Assembly (NCBI GenBank): GCA_012295275.1 | Contig: CM022671.1 | Location: forward strand, 8,742,001-8,806,000 | Length of the DNA stretch: 64,000 nt | Source of the DNA: Chrysomallon squamiferum | Lineage: Eukaryota > Animalia > Mollusca | Direction: 5' to 3' | In this document: one piece after another, positions 54,426 to 64,000 of the stretch | Numbering within the stretch: position 1 is the first letter of the stretch | Layout: each line of letters starts with the position of its first letter | Notes under the pieces: generated by a model | Seen by the model: only the letters and a program-made list of their open reading frames with translations | Databases searched by the model: none | Told to the model about the DNA's origin: nothing | Translations under genes and position numbers: made by a program

Positions 54426-55807
54426 TTTTTATTTTATAAGCTTTTGATACTGAGGCCTGTCTTCTGTGTACCAAGCCCAATTTTAAATTTTTGTGTTGGT
54501 TTGCATAAACTGTTAATTATCCTGTTATGTGGAATAACCGCCAGAAACTGTATATTTTTGGCAAAAGTCTCACTGAAACTAAAAAGTGCCCAAGTTAAGG
54601 TAGAACGGTAAAGAAAAACCCACAAAATTCCAAGCAAGAATTGCGTATTTCAGTGAAAATGTTTAGTTAATTTTGAAAAAAAGAGGTAATTTAGCCACCT
54701 AAAGCCAGGAATTTTTATTGTGATAGACACAGATGATACTCAGATGTTGAAATAAAAACACTGTAAAATTTTATTTCATTTTATTTTTATTTTTTTTTTT
54801 TTTATTTATTTATTTGTTTTTCTTTTTTCCTTTCTTTCTTTATTGAATAAAACATTTATTGATAACAGTCTTGCATTGTAAAAGTATTTATTATACTATT
54901 TACTTAATTAATGAGAATTTCAATATGCTCAGTCTTTATAGAATTATGGTGTTATCTATCTTTATTGTTTTCATGTTAAACATTTTTTTCTAACACAAAA
55001 TCCACAGATATGTGAAATATTGCGATTACGTACGAGTAAAACTAACTAAATAAATAAATAAAAATAAAAGATAAATAAAAATATATTAAGGCAGATAATG
55101 ATATATTACTGACACAGTCTGTGTAATATATTTAAATACGTGATCAAAATTTATAGACTCAGTCTTCTGGAATGTTAACAGTTTCTAGAAAGGTTTAAAA
55201 CATAAAATAAAATAGTTATTCTAGTGTAAATTTGTTTTAAGATTTTATGGTAAAACACATAACATTGAATTTCTTTGATGATGCTCTAACAGTATCAAAC
55301 AATTTAAGAACACTTTTAGATGCATGAAAATAAATGTGCAGAAGTTAATCCATTTTAAATTCTTTTTAGTGTATTTTGTTATTATTTATTTATTTAAATA
55401 TTACTGAAATAAATTTGATAAAAGATCATTTTTAATAATCACATTTGAAAGAAAAATTCCAAAAAGAAAAGAAGAAGAAATAACTAAATAACTAACTAAC
55501 TAAATAAATGAATAATAATGAGAATTTGACGCTAAATTATTTTACTTTACATAGTTTGCATACACTTTGTTTTAATTTGCATGATCTTTATGAACCACTC
55601 TACTCTAACTGATTACATCAAAGCATCTTACTTTATTTTTTATATTAAAAACATTAATTCATTATTATAATATTGATTTGATCAGCGAAATAAATAAGAT
55701 TTTGTATTCCAAAAGACATTACAGAAATTTCATTACATTTGATTTATATCTTCTTGTTGGAAAAACAAAAATTTTATTGTCTGTTCTTATTTAATATAGG
55801 ATTAATG

Positions 55808-55846
<39 letters not shown>

Positions 55847-57779
55847 TTTTTTTTTTATTTTTATTTTTTTTTAATATTAAAAAAAAAGAGAGAAAAAGTT
55901 TAATCAAATGTAACAGAACTTTTGCCTAAAATATAATTATTTGATTTATATCTTTCTCTTTTACTTTCTTTCAAAAAAAAAGAAAAATAAATAAAATCTT
56001 TTTTGGAAAAATAAATCTTAGTTTATATTCAGTTTATATTTCAAATAGTCTGAGTGTATGGGGTATTATTTTTTGTTTATTATATCTTATATATATAAAT
56101 ATATCTATATTATACTGAAATTAGTTTTTATATTTGTTCACAGGCAATAACAGAATTTAATTTCCTAATAGATGTTATATTTTCTGTATGTTCAGTGACT
56201 GGTTGACCATTCATAATTTTACTCTATCAGTCACAGTAGAATGAGATACAGAATCTCAGGTCTGTTGAATCACATTTTCATCAGTCCAGTACAATGTTTT
56301 AGTATTGTCTGCTTCAGCCTCAGTTTAAAACTTTGCCATTGGATGCTGGTATCAGCCTCAGTAACAAAGAAGTTAAACTGTTTAACACATTTTTTTATTC
56401 TCTGCATTATGTTAGAGAATCCATAACACATGTGCTTGAACCTCCAGAGTATTGAAAGAATATTCCTTACATCCCAGTTGTAAAATAATATAAGTTGATA
56501 TTAGTGATTATTAACAATGATGTCACATACAACAGAATAGTATACTTTTCATATAAATCTGTTTATTAAAGACTGACAGTGCAGTAATATTATATTTGTA
56601 ATACTAACAACAGCTCACAATGTTTTTACTGTCTGAAAAAATTATCATGTCTCACTTTTTAATATTTCTACTAGATTTCATTGCTGTCAGTTTCAGAAAT
56701 CACTGATAGTTTATCTTTCTCTTGTAAAAAGTAAACTGATTTATGATTTCATTTCAAAAAAAAGTAACTGGATGTGGAAGAAAGCTATTTGTTCTTGAAA
56801 CTTCATACCTTTATCAATAATAAAGAATAACTTGTGAAACACACCCACACACACCCACACACACCCACACACCCCACACACACATACATAGTTTTGATTT
56901 TTAACTTCCTCTGTACCTACAGTAACTACTTTAGCAATTGCACTATACTGAGTTATAACAGAATCTTCAGTGTGTCACATCACAGTTTTGTTTGTCCATG
57001 ACAAAGCCTGGGTATCACCTACTTCTACCTCAATTCAAAACTGTGTCAGTATTCTATCACTGATTTATCAAAGCCTTAGAGGTTAGAAAGCAAGGCTATG
57101 GAATGATGGATTGTAAGATCAGTTCTTCTTATTGAACCCTTTGACTTTTATCCTGTCTCTGTTTGAACTCCATGCCTAGTTTACCAAATACCCTGGTATG
57201 TAATGTAATGTTAAAGGGCAGTGACAAATAAAACATCTTTTCTGCAAACTGTGGCAGGTTTTTTTTTTTTTTTTTAATCCAAACAGACTTTAACCACATC
57301 ACATATGATGCCATATAACCACAGGTTAAAGATTAATCATGTGTATGATCCCGTAAGACCTTATATTAAAAATGCATTGAGATCATTGCTAAATAAAACA
57401 TTTCTTTCTTTCTTTCTTCTGTACCAAATGTTCAGTTCTCAGCAGGACACATTAATCAATTAGAGTAACCAAACACCAGGTTTTCTTTCTCACTCTGTTA
57501 GTATGAAAATGTGCTGAAGCGTCATTGAACCAAAACATTAATTCACTTGATTTAATGAACAGCATAAAGTGGGACACATATAAACCCAGTAACATAATAA
57601 CCTACTTCGAGTTTAACAAACTGCAAACCAAAATAACGTTTTTAATGTTTCAGGCTTTTGTTTTTCATATAATGTTGCAAACTGAGAAGCCATGAAATTA
57701 ATACCTATTAATCATTTGTACTGATTGTTTGTAAAGGATATGCTTACATAGAGTGAACATAAAGCCCATTTTGAATAGT

Positions 57780-58545
57780 TTTAAGCAAACATATATGTAA
57801 ACTAGTTTTTAGTAACAAACCTGTAGAGATTGTTTATAAATGACAAACTTATATAGGCTATGGTAAATCTATATAGACTGTTTTTAAATTACAAATTTAT
57901 GTAGACTGTTTGTAAATTGCAAACCTATATAGATTTATTCTAAATGACATACCTACATAGACTGTTTGTAAATTATAAACCTGTATAGACTGTTTGAAAA
58001 TTATAAACCTGTATAGATTGTTTGTAAATTTTAAACCTTTATAAATTGTTTGTAAATGAGAAACCTATGTAGATTTTTTGTTAATTACAAACTTATATAG
58101 ACTGTTTGTAAATTACAGACTTATATAAATTGTTTGTAAATGACAAACCTACGTATATTATTTGTAAATGACAAACATATACAAACTATTTATAAATGAC
58201 AAATCTATAGAGACTGTTTGTAAATTACAAACGTATATAGATTGTTTGTAGATTACTAACTTAAACAGACTGACTGTGAATTATAAACTTATACCGATTG
58301 TTTGTTAAAGGACGAGCTTATATAGACTTTTTGTAAATGTCAAATCTGTGTAGATTATTTGTAAATTACAAACCTGTATAGCTTGTATGTGAAGAACAAA
58401 CCTGTATAGATTGTTTGTAAATTACAAACTTATAAAGACTATTTGTAAAGGTGAAACATATACAAGATTGTTTGAAAATGATATACCTATAAAAGACTGT
58501 TTGTAAATGGTAAACCTACACAGACTGGTTGTATATGGCAAACCC
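57780..58545. repeat. 28-bp minisatellite, about 27 copies, palindromic monomer
   Basis: Unit TGTTTGTAAATTACAAACCTATATAGAC. Confidence 0.92.
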
Positions 58546-59199
58546 ATGTCCTGAAACCAAACAAATATCTCTTTGTATTCCAGAATCCTGACAAATGAAC
58601 ATTACAGCAAATTTCTACTATATAAAATTTTATTGACCCACATGCTATTGCGAGGCAAAGAACAAATATTAGTTCAACACAAATAAAACGCTGAACTTTG
58701 TCCACTGTGTGAAGAATCAATAACTGATTGGTAAAAAGAACCACAGTTTCAGCAGGCATTGTTCACAACTCCACTTCTGATTTTGTCAATAATGTATGTA
58801 CTTTGCACAGTTACAACAGTGACACACACACAGTGAAACTGAAACACTGCTCTGCTTCATGATGAATATATTCTCTGCTTGCAGTTAGCTGCTTTTGCAT
58901 GCCTGATTTAGTTAATGGAATTTCTTTCTTCTTATGGCTTTCAGAACTAGATCTCAGTTTTTAAATTATTATTATTAATTTTTACTTATTTATTTATTTA
59001 TTTAAATATTTTATTTTATATTATTTTATTTATTTATTTATTTATCTATTTCATTACATAATTTTATTTTATTTTCTTTTCTTTCTTTTTTCTTTAAATT
59101 ACTAATATTTATTCATTTATTTTGGCCATATCTTGCATTTTGCTGTTAACATACAGATATATTAACAATTATCTGAACTGCATCCATCGATTTGTTTTC

Positions 59200-59335
59200 A
59201 GTTCTAGCCAGTACTCCATAACTGGTTATTAAAAGCTGGGATATATTTTATATGTCTATGAGAAGGTTTTTATAAAAGATCTTTTGCTGCTAATAAAAAG
59301 ATGCAGTTGGGATTTTCAGAAATATCAAATGATTC
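59200..59335 (-). mobile_element. Decayed dispersed repeat copy, opposite orientation
   Basis: TATAAAAGATCTTTTGCTGCTAAT is the reverse complement of the family core; AGCCAGTA is the reverse complement of TACTGGCT. Confidence 0.55.
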
Positions 59336-59995
59336 ACAGCGAAGTAAAATATAAAAATTCTTCTACTGTAACAGTGTTTAAAATTAAAGAAAAAATAGAA
59401 ATAAATAAATAATGAGGATGAGGAGGAGAAGGAGGATAAATAAAAAAATTAAATACATATATGGAAAGTTTATGAGATGAAGAATTCATTACTATGTCTG
59501 GTCTTCAGATAAAGTCAATCACCAAACATTTTTTTTTTATCTGAAAATGATTTATCAACAAATATAATTTTCTTTTTAAAGAAGCAAAAACAAATCCAAA
59601 GTAACAGTACTACATATTTAATAAACAGAAACTTTCAGAATTTTATTTAAAACGTGTAAAAGCACAAGATTTGGTGAGAAATATTGTGACGTTTTTCAAT
59701 TAATTGACTTACACGAAGATTAGAAATAACTCAGAAAAAGTCTGGGCTGACTTCAAAGGCAGACGATGTTTATTTTATTAATGCAAACAAAATTCAATTG
59801 CTGTCAGATAATGGGTTTATAACTGAATTTGTCTCTGTTATTTTTATACGCCATTCATATTGCAGTCGCATATCCAGTTACAGTCAATTAATAAGTCATC
59901 TTTCTCTCTCTGGAGAGAGGCAGGAATCAAAGTCTTAACTTCAGTCTTCCACCCAGCAGTAACACAGTTTACTTTAAAATAACATTGTAGAGTTG

Positions 59996-60195
<200 letters not shown>

Positions 60196-60967
60196 AAATA
60201 ATTCACTGAAATGTGATGATCAACAGAAACTATATAAAATAACAGTAATAATAGTAATAAATAAATTTAATAAATTCTTATTAATAAATATTTTGTCTAC
60301 TTTTGCAGATAATTTATTATTTATCATGATATTCTTATAATTTAGCCTACTTCCAAAAATATTCCTGTAAAAATTAAAAAAAAAAAACAAACAACACAAA
60401 CAAAAACACAATGCTTCCTACCATCAAAAATTAAAAACAAATTAAAATAATAATAAAAAAAACAAAGTCAAAAATAGAAAGAAAAAAAAAAATTATGGTA
60501 TTTTGAGAAGTATTAAAAGTGCGTGATCACTGGTAGAAAATGTCTTTTCAGAGGGTATTTATCAGTACCAGATTAGACAACAACATGAAATTATTTCACT
60601 CTTCTCTAGGGATTATCTGGCATTTAACATCAGTTAATTTCAAAATTGCCTGAAGTTAATTATAGTTATTTGAACAAACAAAATTTGTTTTAAAAAACAA
60701 AAGCCTTTTTTCCCCCCGAAAAATGAAACTATGTCAAGATTGTTTTAATTTTTGTTGCGATTTAATTTTGTGATTTTCGTCTTTGTTTTGCTTTTGGGTA
60801 TTTCTAAAAATGATGAAATCACAAAAGTGGGTGGTAATCCAAAAATAAATAATTTAGTTTTTTCTTTTTTCTTTTTTCCTTGGAGATCTGTGGATTTAAA
60901 AAAAGAAGAAAAAGAAATCAATTAAATGTGGGTGGAAATAGTTATAATATGATTATGTGACTGTGTC

Positions 60968-61000
<33 letters not shown>

Positions 61001-62229
61001 TAATAATTTCTGTTAGCAATGATTAAAGTGTGTTTGTATTTATGAATTTTACATAAATATGTGAAACAATATCAATACATCGATATTTCTGCATATGTGT
61101 GTATGGATATGTGTGTTATATGTATGTGAAGATGTATATCTGTGTGTGTTTCTCTGTCTTTGTATAATCCGTCTGTATCAGTGGATGCATTTATGTTTAT
61201 TTATTATGGTGAATCAATTTAACAATTTTCTCACATCCTATATTCTAAAAAATTGCTTATATTTTCTTTACAAGTCCTTTTGAAGGAAATATTTATTTTG
61301 AACAATGCTGAATAAACAAGGCCAGAAAATAAATACAATAAAAAAAACGGATTAGAATGCTGATATTTAAAGATGAGTTCAATGACCTTTGGGTTTATTG
61401 AGTTTTATTCACTGAAAGATATTTATAATTGTATCTTATTTTTTATATATTTTTTTTATTTATTATTATTATCAAATGAATTTAAATTTATTTATTTAAT
61501 TATTTTTTATTATTATTTTTTTTTGTTTTGCAGTCAGATTTGATGGTGATATATAATTCATATGAAATATGATAATCTGTTATAAATTCTTGTGACTTAA
61601 AAAAAAAAAATGAATGAAAAAATAGAAATTCTTGATAAATTATTTTCTGAATAAAATCAGAAATAAACAGCTCAAAGTTATGTGGAAATTTCATTCACAC
61701 TGACTGGATGATAAATTTTTGATAATGGTAAATTACATTTGCTTTCTGAATTCTAGAAATATGGAGCCTAATATCATACAAATGCAGTTAAGTTAAATTA
61801 TTTTCAAAGGTAATAACATAAAGTAAATCTAATATTATAAAATATTTCAAAAATACAAAAGTTAATAAGAGAAAAACAGTTAAGTTAATTAATGTTAGAA
61901 GGTGATATTATCAATTAAAGATTACTTTATTAATGTAATTTATTATTAACTTTTATCATAAAATTATGTTTTATTTGTATTTATTTTTAAAATTATTATT
62001 ATTAACCTTTATTATATAATAGTCTGTTACCTGTATCAACATATTATTAACATATTACCAAACATTTTATAAATAATATTTGCTTTGTTAAATCTGTTAT
62101 GATCAAAACAGAAACATAATCATTTAAAAACTCAAAGAAGAAAGAAATGTTAATTTATTTTAAATCACTCATCTCATTTTTGATCTTCAGTTATATGACA
62201 TCATATATAAGTTTAAGAACTATATAGAC

Positions 62230-62445
62230 AACAGAAAGGAAACCCATGGTGTTTTACAATGGCTGCTCTTTTTTTAATATTATTAGCAGCAAGGGATTGT
62301 TTTACTTACACCTTCCCATGGTTTGGATAGCACATAAAATATTTTTTTTGATAAATTTCTTGTAAATTACTGGTTGGAATGGGAAAAAGCTGAGCAGATG
62401 CTTTGATGAGGATTGATCTTGTTACATATCATACCTCAGCCTTCA
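62230..62445 (+). mobile_element. Decayed dispersed repeat copy (TTAGCAGCAAGGGAT family)
   Basis: Shares ordered blocks TTAGCAGCAAG / CACC(T/A)TCCCA / TACTGG(C/T)T / GAGGA(A)TTGATC with the copies at 17060 and 40810. Confidence 0.6.
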
Positions 62446-62799
62446 TTCTGAAATGTGAGCAATAGTTTTCACTTTATAAAATGAAAGAACTGCAGTAAAC
62501 GTTTGATGAAAAAAGTGACAAATAAAATATCTGAGACAAATCAGTCTACATCCACTTTGTGTGTTAGCTCTTTAAATTCTCAGGAGAGAGAGACAGAGAA
62601 AGCTGAGATTTCTGAATAATTGACTGACTAAATCTGTGATGAGATATGTGACTGCAATACAACACTTATTCCTACAGATCACATTTAACCTTATTGTTCT
62701 TGGTACAAAATACAATTTATCTTTTTTTTTGGTTTCATGAGGTTTCATGATATTAATATCAATATATTAAGTGTGCAGTATGTGTGTGTATCTGTGTCT

Positions 62800-62838
62800 G
62801 TATATATATATATATATATATACGTGTGTGTGTGTGTG

Positions 62839-62878
<40 letters not shown>
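62800..62878. repeat. Compound (TA)n(TG)n(AG)n microsatellite
   Basis: Direct read. Confidence 0.95.
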
Positions 62879-62881
<3 letters not shown>

Positions 62882-63837
62882 AATTTAACTTCACTGCCTT
62901 TAGTATGGAATCTATTTTCAAGCATGTACAGTGCACAGAATCACATAATTCTAGTCATAACATCCATTAACATATTTAGTTCAAGCACACTCACCTGGCC
63001 ACATTAACAACAGATATGAACTGTCTATAATATTTACTGAGTTAATAAATGACTGTGAGAGCTTCAGTGCAGTCTGTGTGAGTTGGAATTATGACAATGG
63101 CTGGCACCAGACAAAATCTTAAAGCTGGTATTAGCTTCAGTCTGGTTCCGAGATGGGATCCTGGTGCCTAGCAGCCTGTAGTCCGACAGTTTGAAAAGTG
63201 TGACAGACAGTGAATAGTTGATGAGAGATGAAAGAAAAATTTTGAATAGTTTTATTATATATCTATCTAAAAGAACATTAATTTCTGCACATTGCATTTT
63301 AATTTAATTTAGGAAAGATATTTATGTATAAATAAACTCATTTTATTTTATAATTAATATTTATTCATCTTCATATAATCATTATAGAAATATATACTAG
63401 AAACTTTTAAACCAGCAGTTCTATAATTTTACCACAATAGTACCATTCCAGACTGTCTCCAAGAATTTCTTCAGTCTCAGTCAGCAGATGATTGTTTCAG
63501 TTTTGTGACATCTTCAAGAAAAAAATCCCCAGAACTTTAATAACTAGCTTTTATGTGATTATCCTTCAGTTTGTCATTTTCATTAGCAAAATTAAAGAAA
63601 AACACAAAACTGCTTGAGAATATTAAAGATAGCTGATGATGTTTATTACATCACTAATTGTCACTGATTTGTTGTTGATTGTTTTGAGTTCATTGAGGGA
63701 TATAATCATATACATGTATATTTATTAAATTTATTAAATTTGTTTTTAATGTACACAGCTCAAATATTGACTCTTTTCTTAGCTAAAATAATTTATTTTG
63801 AAACATAGGAGAGGTGTTTTTCTTTTATCATTAATTC

Positions 63838-63840
63838 CTC

Positions 63841-63892
<52 letters not shown>

Positions 63893-63893
63893 T

Positions 63894-63927
<34 letters not shown>
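63838..63927. repeat. (CT)n followed by (TA)n microsatellites
   Basis: Direct read. Confidence 0.95.
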
Positions 63928-63929
<2 letters not shown>

Positions 63930-64000
63930 TGTCTTTCTATTTCTCTTTTTCATCTGTCATTTCTTTTTTGTAAATTATTCTTGAGCTCATTTTTAATTAT

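Noticed and set aside
58584-58730. Possible plus-strand coding exon (TTCCAG ... GTAAAA)
   Set aside because: Stops in all three frames; at most a non-coding exon, with no further support.
63085-63200. GC-richer patch as a tRNA gene or coding exon
   Set aside because: No cloverleaf or intact A/B boxes; more likely a decayed SINE-like remnant, too degenerate to call.

Overview
AT-rich, microsatellite-rich eukaryotic (animal, probably invertebrate; a mollusc is plausible but not established) genomic DNA. The only protein-coding gene I can support is a novel-class protein kinase C of the delta/theta subfamily on the minus strand. Ten coding exons (ATG at 10809-10811 down to 741; 1296 nt, 432 codons, all GT-AG, phases consistent) encode the novel C2 domain, pseudosubstrate, C1A, C1B, hinge and the start of the kinase domain; the rest lies beyond the left edge. 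The 5' UTR appears to span about 40 kb of intron up to a CpG-rich promoter at about 50.5-51.0 kb with CRE sites and a perfect GTAAGT donor. The remainder is non-coding: more than a dozen unrelated minisatellites (one with higher-order structure, one built from palindromes), a hAT/Charlie-type MITE, decayed copies of one dispersed repeat, and simple repeats. Most ORF-track entries are repeat artefacts. I found no convincing new multi-gene system. The most interesting signals are atypical ligand-binding residues in both C1 domains and the regulatory and repeat architecture.
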